Assembly (NCBI RefSeq): GCF_039654945.1
Contig: NW_027361807.1
Location: 496,001 to 560,000 of the forward strand
From: Dendrobates tinctorius
Lineage: Eukaryota
DNA length: 64,000 nucleotides
Direction of reading: 5' to 3'
The notes under the pieces were generated by a model, which was given only the letters and a program-made list of their open reading frames with translations, was not told the origin of the DNA and did not search any database. Numbering within the stretch: the first letter of the stretch is position 1; each line of letters begins with the position of its first letter. A program made the position numbers and the translations under genes. Below, piece by piece: positions 37,486-50,457 of the stretch.

Positions 37486-39768
37486 TATTCTTCCCCGAGT
37501 GCAAAAGTACTGGCAGCAGGTTTTAGTTTGGGCCTCTTTTATATTTCTAACGGTACCCGTCAGGGGTGCCCCTTATCTCCTGCAATTTTTGCATTGGTGA
37601 TGGAACCTCTGGCGGAGAAGATACGTACCTGCGAAGCTATCACAGGAGTAAGGATAGGGAAAGTGGCCTACCCGGTCGGGCTATACGCAGATGATGTAAT
37701 TGTTTCTGTGACAAATCCCGAAAAATCTCTTCAAGCTCTTTTATCTATTCTCTCTCAATTTTCTAAGGTATCATTTTACAACTTGAACTCCTCAAAGTCG
37801 ATGTCCCTTCCGATTGGTTGTCTTCCCGGATTGATTAATAGATTAAAAAACTCCTTGCCGTTTACTTGGGCTAAAAATTCTATTACCTACCTGGGAATTC
37901 ACCTGGTTTCCCCTTCCAATGACTTAGTATCCAAAAACATTGCGGAATTGATACATTCCATTAAGCCTGAATTAAATAGAATAAGCGCCCTAGAAATCTC
38001 ATGGATGGCACGCATACAGACTTGTAAGATGATATTTTTGCCAAAATTTTATACATTTTAAGATGTGTCCCACTACCCATACCTAGAAAATTGCTGGATG
38101 AGATCCAGTCCCTGCTACTCTGCTTCATTTGGGGTGGTAAAAAGTCTAGATTTCAGAGTTCTTTGCTATTTTATAAGATGGGAGAGGGAAGTTTGGGACT
38201 GCCGAATATTCATCTTTATTATAAGTCATGCATGATTGATGCCCTTAAAGAGTGGTGGGATACTACATCCAAACACTCTTGGGTGCAAATGGAAAAATCC
38301 AACACCAAACTCCACTCTACTAGACTAATGCTGGAGGCGGAGTTCTTACACCCGGGATCACAGTCTTGCTCGCTTCCTGTGATGTAATGGAACACGCCCT
38401 CAAAATGTGGAAAGAGTTGATCTCTAGAAAGCTGATACACATCCCGTTGAAATATGTCTCATTTAAAAGCTTTGATTTGGTGGTCCCATTTTCCCAATTC
38501 CATCGCTGCGATGATTATGGTGTGCCTAATTTGCAAGCCATACTTTCAGGAGTCTTCCTCAAAACTTTTGAGGCTCTAAGATCATCATACCGACTCCCTG
38601 GTAATTTTTATTTCTCCTATGTCCAAATGAAAAGATTCCTATCTTCTCATACAGCAATTTTTTCCCAAGTAGCCCCGTCTTCAATCCAACATTTTATCAT
38701 GGGGAAAAAAGGATTTTCTAGAGGGATCTCAGTCGCCTATAATTATGTTAATTCTCCCACAAATGATAAGCTTCAATACATGGTCAAATGGGAAAATGAC
38801 CTAGGCACTTCCTTTACCCAAGAACAATGGCAATTAGCCATATCCTGGCCCCTTAAAAGCTCATCGTGTATTAACCACATGAAAATTGCAAAAAAAATTC
38901 AACTTCGCTGGTACCTCCCCCCTAATCGTATAGCCCATTTCTTTCAAGGAACTTCCCCTCTTTGTTGGAAAAACTATGGTGAAATAGGCATGCTTTTACA
39001 CTCTTGGTCGTCTTGTTGTAAATTAAAACCCTTTTGGGATGATATAGTTCAGATACTATCAGCTTGTACTGGATGAGCAGTTCCAATGAGCCCTGCATTA
39101 GCTTTATTAAACATAGGCATCACTGATCTTCCTTATGCTAATAGATGGCTCTGTTCTTTTGTACTTACTGCCCCAAGACAAGCCCTCGCCTCCAATTGGA
39201 AATCACAATCAATCCCATCACTGGATGACATTTGGAGGAGAATGGACTCTTTCTATTCACATGAACTAATTCTATCATGGGACATTTCTAAAAAGGATAA
39301 AACTCAACAAAGATGGAGCGCGTGGCCTGACGTAAAAAAATTATTCTGTATTTAACAAATCTATGTATAGCAAGTACATCTTCCACCATTGAGGGAAACG
39401 ATCAGATATTCTGTGGAGTTTTGAATTAGCCAATTTACTTGGTGGATTCCTATAGATTTGTACACTTGGAGAATATACCCTTTCATATATATATATTTTT
39501 TTTCTCCCCCCTTTGTTAACTTACTGTTTTGATGTCCCTGTTCTTTACCCTGCCCCAGCCAAGAGGAAAGTTTCAACATTTTCAGTTTATCCTCTCTCAT
39601 TCCCTGGTTCATTACTTCAGTGTATTTTTTGTCATATTATTTTTTAATGTATCAATACTGTACCCTTTATTGTACTTATAATGAACCTGTTAATCTACCC
39701 CTCCCCCTTTGTTATACCTGTTATTTCCAAAAATCCTTAATAAAAAACTATTGAATAGAAAAAAAAAA
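37486..39768 (+). mobile_element. 5'-truncated L1-clade LINE (ORF2 RT C-terminal half, disrupted) with poly(A) tail and 16-bp TSD
   Basis: GTRQGCPLSP, LYADDV, ITYLGI, LGLPNI; AATAAA plus A-tail at about 39740-39770; AAAGGTAACATGACCC at 37470-37485 and 39769-39784. Confidence 0.95.
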
Positions 39769-42700
39769 AAAGGTAACATGACCCCTAATACACCTTCCTT
39801 TGAGGGGTCAGATAGCAAGCTTTAACAACAACTTCCACTATACTTGTTACTCTCTTCACCAAAAAATACCTGCAAAAGTTTAAAAAAAAGTGATGTACTT
39901 TATGAATGTGCCTTAATAGGGAGCGTAATTTCAAAGTTAGATATAAAATCAATCCATGTTTGCAGACCTTTTACACAATACAAGGGACAAATAGCAATAT
40001 TCGTGACATACTATATTTTAGATGTCAGTACCAAAGATAGTCATTGGAAACTAATATAGTTTTGCCATAAAAGGAGCCATTTAGTTTCAATTATGGTGTC
40101 CAAACGGCTGGAGGAAGGTGTCGTGAAGCTGTATACGTTAATCAATGTAATCATTTTTCTTTTACAACAAGTTTCCTCTTCGGGGAGGCAAGAGGTACCA
40201 CCCTAGGTGGGTGCCTACCTTACCTACCTGTCATCCCAGCCCTGCATATGAGCTTTCTTTGCATGATAAATCCAACTCAGTCACTCAGCCCTTGGCCTTT
40301 TAGTGTGTCAGAGGTGAGGCACTCATCTTTGACTTCAATCTAGAAAAGGTGTTTGAAGACTTTTTCCTTTAATCTTTTTAGGAGATAAAAGATCAGTCAG
40401 GAGAAATGCATATTCTGTACCATCTGTTTGCAATAACTAATACGCAAACGAAACTTTGAGTGAAACCAGACTCAGAAGACCATGCTCTTCTGGTTCCTTT
40501 GGACTGAGCAGACAATTCAGTAGCACTACTGGTTATCTGGGCAAACAGGACATAATCCCACATCATTACAAAGGGAAAAGAACAATATAGCCAGAATGAT
40601 GAGAGATAACCTGAAGCCAGACATACACTGCTTCTAAGCAGCTCTAAGAATGAATGTCAAAAGTGTATGCCTGTTCTGGACAAATCTGGATTGACCAAGC
40701 CAGAGCTACAGGTGTACACAACAAAGTGCAACAGAAAGAAAAGATGTAAAAAACAGTTAATACTATGAATGTGTAACAGTCAGATATGGTAGTAATGTGC
40801 AAATCCTATTATATGAATTTCATTTTGCATTGCCCTCTCTAAAATAATGCCCTGGCTGCAAGATAGAGGTGACAGATCTCCTACTGGTGATGTACAGTAT
40901 GTAACTGAAGATCTCAATATTGTAGGGAAAGTAATTAATTAATCTTCCACGTGACACAGTAAACTCCAAATCCTAAATGTTTGTATTTGGAAAATTCTCT
41001 TTATTCCCGATAATGATTTTTTTCACTGTTATTATTATTATTTAGGCTCTAAGACAATAGAAAAGTCAGCACTCAATTAGATGAATGATAATTTATTGGT
41101 CCGAATCAAATTCCAAAATACAATATGGCATTTCTAAATGCACGTAGCAGGATCCACTGTGACATTCTGGAATACACTAAGGAGCCAATTCATCATATAC
41201 ATTTTTTATTAAGTCACTTTCTTTTTTGACTCATAGGTTACACTGATGTTTTTTGCACAAAATTCATCAAAAAGGCACACGTCATGCACAAATGGGAAAA
41301 GTCGAATGTTTTAAAAATGTTCCAAAATAATTGGTCTACATAAAATCACTCCAGGATGGGACTTGAGTAGGCTTGCACCAAATTTTGCACCTTGTTAAAA
41401 TAGTTGTATATCATAAATTTGACTAAAACATCAAGAAATGCCACACTGGCATAAAAATAAGAAAGCTAACTAAACTACCAAAGACAACTTTTAAAAAGGC
41501 GCAAATTCTTTGTTGAATTTGTTGTAAATAAAAGTCACTAATAGGGAGGTATTCATGATTTTAAAAAATTGGCGGCAATGCAATGATGAATCAGGCCCTG
41601 ACTTTTGTATTTGTTTATATTTTTTTCTCTTTTATGGATGTTGTCTATACACTGTGATTATTACTATGATCCATCGGTCCTGCAGACTTCAATATGGATA
41701 TTCTCTTAACAAAACTTTTCACCAGGTAGCAGCATTAGAGTCGATAGCAGTAGCAGCATTAACATAATTGTATCTACCTGTTTTTTGCTGTATGCATTAT
41801 AACCAGGAATGAGTGCACCTGATCTGCAAAGTTTGGGGTTTATACCGGACATCTGGTGTCTGGTGCCGAACTCCAAACACAGGCTTCTTCCTAGAAGTCC
41901 ATTTTACTGTTCAGGGCCAAATAAAGTTTGTTAAAAGGCTGCAGCGCAGCCAGTCAACAAGCTTTTAGGCCGTGGGCACTTCCAGAGCCATCACAGCCAA
42001 GCCAAGCATTGGCATGGCTATGATTGGCCAGTGCAACATGTGACCCAGCCTGAATAAACACTGGATCACTGGTTGTGCCGCCATTGTGGCCTGACTATCA
42101 TAGGACAGGGATGTTACTGACATCTTCACTCGTGAGATATGACCGGGAATGACCTATAGAGTGTCATTCTCAGAACAATGCTCCATAGGTTGCAGTCGAC
42201 AATCACTGGACATCGTGGAAACAATGGATTACATAAACGGGTGAACCAGTGAATGTGTCGGGGAGTATTTATTCAAATAAACTTTTTTTTCCTGTGTGTG
42301 TCTTTTTATTTTTAAATATAGGGTTAGTAATTGGTGTGTCTGATAGACACCTCTCCATTACTAACCTCTGGGCTTGATGCCAGCTGACATTACACAGCTA
42401 ACCTCAACCTCAAAAATGATTACCCCGATTGTCACCGCACCAGGATAGTTGGAAAAAGCAGACATTAAGCACCAGAATTGGTGCATCTAATGGACCAACT
42501 GAGGGCTGGTCTTATTAAGCTGGGAAGGGAACAATATCCATGGACCTTCCCTGCCTATTAATATTAGCCCGCTGATGTCTACTTTGCCTCAGTTGGTTAT
42601 TAAAAATAGGGGGACCCAACGTATGTTTTGGGGGGCCCCCCTATTTTTTATAGCCAGCAAGTGCAAAGCAGACAGATGGGGGTTGATATTAGTCTGGGAA

Positions 42701-44923
42701 GATCAATGGATATTGGCCTCTTTCCAGCTCACAGCTGTCTGCTTTCCCTTGGCTGATTATTAAAAGTAGAGGGGACTACACTTTGTTTTTTATATTAATT
42801 GATTTATTAATTAGTATAGTAAACTACACACGCAAAGCACTACTCCACTTGGACCTCCGCCTCCTGGTTCAAGATTATTATTTGTTATTATTTTTTATTC
42901 TAGGTTATTTTAAGTAATTCCTTATCCAGATTTGATTGAAGGGCAATTGTCCTACTCTTAACCCCATTTTGCTTCCTTTTGCAGCCTCCTAGCTATTACT
43001 ATGACTATTTTACAGCCATTTTACAACACCAAAGATCTGGTCACCATTGGCTTCTGTGGGGTTCAGGGTAATTACAACACTTTTTTTTTTACAAGAGAAA
43101 GGATGGTGGTCCATACTCTGTCTTCTTAAAAAGAGATTGACGTTTCATAGTAGACAGGGCTGCTGTACAAAGGAAGCAGTTCCACAGAATAGCAATTTCG
43201 TAGTTTTTATTTGTACACATTTCATGCTCACACAGAGATATTATTGATATTTTTCAAAAATAAACTACATTGAATGCTATGTACTTTGTTTTTTTAAAAA
43301 AGCTCTGTGCGAGCATGAAACACGTAAAAATAAAATACCAAATTGCTATTCTAATGTGGAACTGCTCCCTTTATACAGCAGCACGGTCTACTATGAAACG
43401 TCAATCTCCTTTTTTTACTAATCGATATGTAAAAGAGGGTTTACCTTCACTTGCCAAAGGAACTTCAGAAGCTGTACAGTAATATTCATTGGCTATTATT
43501 GTAGTTGTGACAATCACATCCCTTTCTGGTGAGCAACTCCATAACTCCCTTATCATCTTTACCTTTCACCCTATAAGCGCTTGCCCCCCACTTTTTTTTC
43601 TCCTTGGATTGGTAGCACACATTTCATATTACTTTTTTAAATTCATCCAAAATTTACAACCTTTTTTACTCTATCATTTGTCATTTTAGCTCATCCAATA
43701 TAACAATTATAATTACATAGCTGCTATTATAAATGGATCACGTTGAAAGTGTGCCGTTAATGTGTCCCATTCCTATTGTGACCTCTTAATTCTGTGATTA
43801 TTTGTCTTTATTTCCCAATCCAGATACCTGTGCAGCCATCAGACTCAAATGGCTGAAGTGCTTTGTGTGTAAAACAGTGATAAGAGGCCGGTGATAGGAG
43901 TTATTGATCAGATTTCCACAAGTCTCCATTGCTCAGCATGTGCTGGAGATAAAGCCTCCATATAAATGCTGGTATCAGTACATTACTGTCACTGAACATT
44001 CTAGGAATAGGCTTTTTGCTGTTCACTTCACTTCATAATGGACAGCGCGTTCCCCTCTCAGGACAACTTAGGATCCATGATTCTTCTAACTAACAAGACC
44101 AATGTAAGTAGAGAAGCTACAATATGGCTCAGCTAGGTAATGCAGCTTGTATGTTGTGGTGCAAAAAGTCATACATGGGCCCTAGGGTTAGATCAGTAGG
44201 TAGTGGGATTGGGACACAATTTATTTATTTATGCATTCATTTATATGTTTAAATACAACATTTGATTTTAAATTTCTTTGCTAGCATACATGTCTGTTTT
44301 AATGTACAGCACACGGAAGGCATCCTTGTGTTGACCATTAAATCATGAACCTTTTCATTGACAGGTTTAAATTTGACACCACAAATTGGACCAATATTTA
44401 ACATAGTTCTGTGAAAAGACCCATAGACTATATTTTGTACATGTAATTTGTACAACAAAGAAAACATGCATGTGAAAATTGGACACGTCAGTGGGGCCTT
44501 ACTCAGATCTGAGAGCTGTACAATAAACTGTGTTCAACCAAGAGACATCATCTTAAGCTTTAGTGACTGAGGGTCCATTCTAAACATCAGCCTTGGGCAC
44601 CAAGAATGAGCATTCCCCCTCTGACTGGGTCAACTACATACCCACCCATAACGTAAACAGGTTTTTCCCCAAAATACAAGATTCCCCTATTCATAAGGGA
44701 TAACTCCTTGATTGCTTGAGGTTGAACTCTGGGACCCCAGAAAATCTGATGATGGGATTCTGGAACCCTGGGAATGAAGGTTATTTGTGTCTGCTCCAGG
44801 CATTGTAGGAGTGTTAGAATAGGTGAGCAGTGTGCCTTGCTTTCTTTTGCTGTCACGCAGACAATCAATGAATGAAGTGGAATGCAGAGCCCCGTTTTGA
44901 GGATTCTGTGGCCCCATTCTAAA

Positions 44924-45316
44924 GGCCCCTTTACATTTAGCGATGCACCAGCGATCCCGACCACGATACGACCCGGTCAGGATCGCTGGTGCATCGCTAA
45001 ATGGTCGCTAGTGAGCTGCCACACAGGCAGATCTCACAGCGATGCAGCAGCGATACAGCCGTCGTTACTTACCTTTCAGACGCGGCGATCCTGACGTCCT
45101 CGCGTCCGCGTGCACGCGTCGCTCATCGGCGCCAGCAGGAAGCCCAGCAGGAAGCGCCCGACGAGAAATGGAGCTGCGCGATCTCGTGCGATCAGCGATG
45201 GACAGCGGGGGAGCCGGTCGGAGGTAAGTATCACACATAGCGATATCGCTGCTGTGTCACCAAATCGGTGATGCTTTAGCGATATTGTTAGCGATATCGC
45301 TATGTGTAAAACCCCC
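44924..45316. mobile_element. Harbinger-type MITE (AGCGAT/ATCGCT-rich)
   Basis: Termini GGCCCCTTTACATTTAGCGAT / ATCGCTATGTGTAAAACCCCC with TAA/TTA-like flanks. Confidence 0.75.
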
Positions 45317-46018
45317 TTAAGGCTCCAAGTGGTGAGACTCCCAAAGATTTGCCAATGATACCCTTAACGGAGGTCAGGGAATAAGTTGCAATTTTGGGAA
45401 ACCCCTTTATTATGTCACATTATCTAATAACATGCTTTACATGACAATATGTACTTTAGTTGAAATGTTTATAATAATTGCTTCATCATTTAACATTGAA
45501 ATGCCATTGTCACCACCCTCTTCATATGTGACTAGGTGTTACGGTGTTGTAGCCCATTGTAACTTCTGCAAACACAAAAAATACTAAACTTGTCTTTTTA
45601 ATTTTATGGCTAATTTTATTGTTTCTTAAGCAGAAAAGAAGGCAAACAAGTAGTTAAATGCTGTGCATGCAGATGATTTTCACAAGGGATTTTGTTAGTA
45701 GGCATCCAATAAACAGAATAGCTAAACAAATTGGATTACTAATTTGCACATACAAAGTTATGTAGCAGGAATGGAAATTTGATGCATAATTACTTAAAAA
45801 CCTATTGTCTGGTAATAGCTCATTTTAAGTGCTATGTTTCACTGATACATTTCATGCTGAGGTACAATTAATTCACACTCTAGGTTTCAGTTTTTATTTA
45901 ACCGTGGATAAATCAGACAATGCTTAATTTATCATAAAAAAACAGGGAAAATAGAATCCTACGCTATTGTTGGGTGAGAATGAAAAAAGTCTAGCAGTTC
46001 AATACTCAGGATTTATTA

Positions 46019-46617
46019 AGCCCCCGTCACACAAAGCGACGCACCAGCGATCCCGACAACGACAAGACCTGGTCAGGATCGCTGGTGTGTTGCTACATGA
46101 TCGCTGGTGAGCTGCCAAACAGGCATATCTCACTAGCGATCAGGACCAGCGACGACGCGGGTAACAAGCGCGCGCATCGCTTAGTTACTCGCTGTGTACC
46201 CTGGTAAACAGTGGGTAACTAAGCGCACGCGGCACTTAGTTACCCGCTGATTACCTTAGATACCAGCTCCCAGCGCGAGCACGCTGGTATCCAGGGTACA
46301 CAGCTGGTAACTAAGCGCTGCGCACGCTTATAACCCACTGATTACCTTGGATACCAGCTCCCAGCATCTGCTTACAGCTCTGGGAGCTCGCTGATCGATG
46401 GTCTCCTGCTGCCACACCCAGCGATGCGTGCTGGCCAGCGGGAGACCAACGATCAAAAAACGGCCCAGGACATTCGTGCACGATCAGAGATACCCGGCGG
46501 GCGCAGTCTCTGATAGGTGTCACACACAGCAAGATCGCTGCTGAGGTCGCTGTTGTGTCACAGCGTTAAGACTCAGCAGCGATCTCGCTAGCGATCTCGC
46601 TTAGTGTGACAGGGGCT
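46019..46617. mobile_element. Harbinger-type MITE related to the 44924 element
   Basis: AGCCCCCGTCACACAAAGCGA / TCGCTTAGTGTGACAGGGGCT; TTA on both sides. Confidence 0.85.
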
Positions 46618-46659
46618 TTAGTCGAAAAATTAAAATTCTTGTACGTTGCATACTAACGT

Positions 46660-46862
46660 GGGCAGCACGGTGGCTCAATGGTTAGCGCTGCAGCCTTGCA
46701 GTGCTGGAGTCCTGGGTTCGAATCTCACCAAGGACAACATCTGCAAGGAGTTTGTATGTTCTCCCCGTGTTTGCGTGGGTTTCCTCCCACATTCAAAAAA
46801 CATACTGATAGGGAATATAGATTGTGAGCGACAGTGATGATAATGTGTGCAAACTGTAAAGC
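46660..46862 (+). mobile_element. tRNA-derived SINE with V-domain-like core
   Basis: A box TGGCTCAATGG (46671), B box GGTTCGAATC (46715), then GTTTGTATGTTCTCCCCGTGTTTGCGTGGGTTTCCTCC. Confidence 0.85.
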
Positions 46863-47830
46863 TATTTTACAAGTTATTTACACAACCCAAAATGGATGAA
46901 TATTATCCATTATTATTGTATGCTTGATTGTTTAGGGAAATCAATATCCTGTTCTGGGGGGGCATGAATGTAAGGCCTCATTATATATGTGTTTTTCACA
47001 GATAGAACACATACCCATTAAAGTCTATGACAATGTTCACATGTTCCTTTTTTTGCAGACCAGATGGCCATCAAAAAAATAAAAAGAAGAGTAACTATTT
47101 TGTATTCTTTTTGTGGATCAAGTGAACGGGTCCATTAAAAAAATGGATAGCAAATGGATGACATCCATGTGTCATCCGAGTGCTATTTTTTAATGCTTAA
47201 TGGGTAGGAGAAAATTGCATTTTTTTTAACACAAGAATAACAAATACACTGATGGTAGTCTTTTTTTTCAGACGGATACAAAAAGGGGTTGTCTGAATGA
47301 GTCCTAACAGAGGGGATCCCCAAAATATATTCATACTTTTAATAGTGACATCACTACTGTATCAATATAATTAACATTTTGTAAGACTAGCGGTACACTA
47401 TATGAAGGAAATATGTCACTGTTGCAATTTTAAATAGCAGTTTCCCAGCAGTTATGTCACTTCTATAAAATAGGAATGATATTTAACTATCCCATAGATA
47501 AGGCAAGAAAATGACCAAGAACCAGCAAAAATCTGAGCACATTTGTAATAAAATATCATAGCAGAGATGCACCTGAATACTATTTATACCAGCAAAAAGT
47601 GACAAAATGGTGCTCGGAGGTCTCATAAATAAATGACAAAAATAGATAAAAAGCAGAGCAATACAATGGAGGAGCACCTAGGCAAATATATAGTAAAGTT
47701 TGTAAATTGTTTAGTATGCTTCCCAGTGCCTGTAGTATATATCACAGTGGAGAGTACAAATATGAAGTATACAATTGAAAGCACTTATATCATGTGATGA
47801 TGAGAAGACCTAATTTCCGGGTGTCCCTGG

Positions 47831-47870
47831 TGCCCCTACGCGCGTTTCACCCTAGCTTTGTCAGTGGGTA
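47831..47870 (-). ncRNA. Minimal hammerhead-like motif in an AT-rich Penelope-type element (about 47480-49100)
   Basis: Minus strand UACCCA-CUGACAA-AGCUAGGGU-GAAA-CGCGCG-UA-GGGGCA. One mismatch in CUGANGA, palindromic ACGCGCGU, GUA triplet; weak stem II. Confidence 0.65.
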
Positions 47871-47931
47871 AAATATCACAAACTTTATTGAGAAAATACA
47901 CTCAAGTGACCCTAGCCTTATAGGTATAAAT

Positions 47932-48850
47932 AGTTATACCCATGATCCTAAGTCAAAAGGGCAACAGTCACTTCGATAAACATATCCCAAACAAAAATCA
48001 TCACGGAAGGTGCCGTGAGGATCCAAGAAATGAAAAGCAATAATGTTGATAAAAAATGTAAATTTTTATTGATTATAGATTAAAAATAACATAAATTATA
48101 TTAAAAAGACAGGACTAATGGTCTCCAACATGGGGGGTAGGAAAAAAACCAGCAAAAGGTTTATGGTATCTTCCACAGTGTGCAAACAGATGTATCAATT
48201 ATATAACAGAATTCACAAAGAATCAAAGAAATCCCTCCAAAGCCAAAAAAGAGCAAAGTATTAAGGCCTATGTTCCAACAGCAGTTACAAAGAACTTGCC
48301 AAAATTGGGTGCTGTGGGCACTACAATAAGGAAAGAAAAAATGGCCTGGTGTGAAGAATGGCTAGGGAGGGAAATAAAAGGCCGGAGTTATATCCTGGCA
48401 AGGGGCACAGCATAAATTATGACATGGATGAAGACAGTGCAATAATAGTGATGGAATTTTACCTGTCGCTGACCACTGTGAAATGAGGCCGAAGAAATGG
48501 CTGAAAGCTGGCGTTCTGCCCCGGGAAGAAGCAACTCATGCGAAACAGTGCTGTCGGGCGGCGGTGGGGGAATTAGGTCCGCCAGCTTTCAGCCATTTCT
48601 TCGGCCTCATTTCACAGTGGTCAGCGACAGGTAAAATTCCATCACTATTATTGCACTGTCTTCATCCATGTCATAATTTATGCTGTGCCCCTTGTTTTTC
48701 CTACCCCCCATGTTGGAGACCATTAGTCCTGTCTTTTTAATATAATTTATGTTATTTTTAATCTATAATCAATAAAAATTTACATTTTTTATCAACATTA
48801 TTGCTTTTCATTTCTTGGATCCTCACGGCACCTTCCGTGATGATTTTTGT
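47932..48850. mobile_element. Fold-back non-coding insert with two nested inverted repeats, a hammerhead-like motif in the loop and a 13-14 bp TSD
   Basis: A 47991-48146 / A' 48695-48850; B 48399-48513 / B' 48580-48694; TTATAGGTATAAAT at 47918-47931 and 48850-48863. Confidence 0.85.
48517..48560 (+). ncRNA. Type I hammerhead-like motif
   Basis: UGCCC-CGGGAAGA-A-GCA-ACUCA-UGC-GAAA-CAG-UG-CUG-UC-GGGCG. All three stems pair; GAAA and GUC are canonical; the first box deviates from CUGANGA. Confidence 0.7.
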
Positions 48851-50457
48851 TATAGGTATAAATGTAAGGTGGGAGGCATATGAAAATGATAACATAAACA
48901 AATATAATTCACCCATAACAGACATAGTTAATATGAAAATATGTTATGAATTAAAAAATACGCCATTATACTAATGATCACTACCCATGATGATGATAGC
49001 AACTAAACAATAGCCAGTAATAATAACCATAGTGATGATAATCACAACAGAAAACAAATCAACTTAAGCACATAGACATAATACCAACCCAGATACCCAG
49101 ATACGGGATCAAAGTGTCCACTCAAACTGATGGTCAGCCAGTAGTGATGCCATTAGTATAAAATCTGATAATATTTATAAGGCTAAATTGTCATAATTGT
49201 ATTTAAAAAAATTCCTATTTTCATTTAGAAAAAGCGGATTATTTTTCATTTATATTGTCATACGTATGGCATCCATTTTTTTTACATATTAAAATTTAAA
49301 GCACCAAATACAGTTTCCAATGTTAAGAATTGCAAAGAGCCTGTAGATGTTCGACAGATAATTCATATGGAATTCAATATTGTTTTTTGTGCACCCATAG
49401 GCTTGAATAGATGAGTCTCATCTGAAATGCAGAAGATATATTGCAGGCTGTTATTCACATTGACATGTGAAAAAAACTCATCTGAACAGCCCTAATGAAT
49501 AATATTGGACCAAGCTCTGCCCGTGAAATGTTATTTTTTTCCATGGACAGCACTCGAACTGACATTACGGTCATGTGAGCAAAGCCGCCATACAGTAACA
49601 TTGCTTCTGCGGAATCCAATTAGATTTTTTTAATTAAGTGACGTCGATACAATATACAGTATTCTGATTTACATTATTGAAATGGCGACATGCTTGCTAT
49701 AAATTAGGAACTATATTTTGGATATGAGATTTACCGGTATTTGAATATTTCAGTGTGAATCAAGGCCAAAAGGCTTCAGGTTAGGCTTAGTGGTGCTGCA
49801 CTTATTTTGCATATTAGAGTGAATATAGATATGTAAGGTTTACAGATTGAAAAAGCATTTTGCATCGTTTGCATGTTATCAGCAAATCACGCCATTTGCA
49901 CCCTGTCTTTTCCCCTACGGCAATGTTCACACAGGTGAGCTTGGCATCCAATTCCATTGCCATGACAACTAAAAGGAAGGAATTGAGGTGATGTTATTCA
50001 CAGAAATGAGAAGGTAGCGGGGAAGGGGGATCACAACAACTTATTACCCATGTGTGGTGCTGCAAGAATGTTGTTGCTGTGAAAGTAATGAAATTATCAT
50101 CACTTCATCAACCTATACCAAAACCTTCATTGCTCACCTGTTACAAATGATATGTGGACCTTCTGCTGTTATTAGAAGTTTAAAAGGGTTTTACAGGATC
50201 CCCTTTATTTAAGGTGTTAGTTTGAAAATACCAAAATGAGCTTTACTCACTGACCGATGCTCCAGCACCACCTCTCCGCAGCTGTCCTGGTCATTGTTGA
50301 CAGGGCTGCATCGGTGATGTCTCGACTGCAGCATGTGACCACTGCAGCCAATCACTGTGCATGCCTGGGAAATAAGGCAATATCCTATAGCTTTAAGATT
50401 TGATGCACACCAGCATATTTGTTTCTGTATCACAAAATATGTTGAATACAATATTAA

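Noticed and set aside
44600-45400. DIRS-like RT remnant on the minus strand (a similar hint at 59600-60450)
   Set aside because: Only vague motif resemblance; needs a profile HMM search to support.
46660-46735. tRNA gene
   Set aside because: A and B boxes are present, but the sequence runs into a SINE core with no acceptor stem or terminator.
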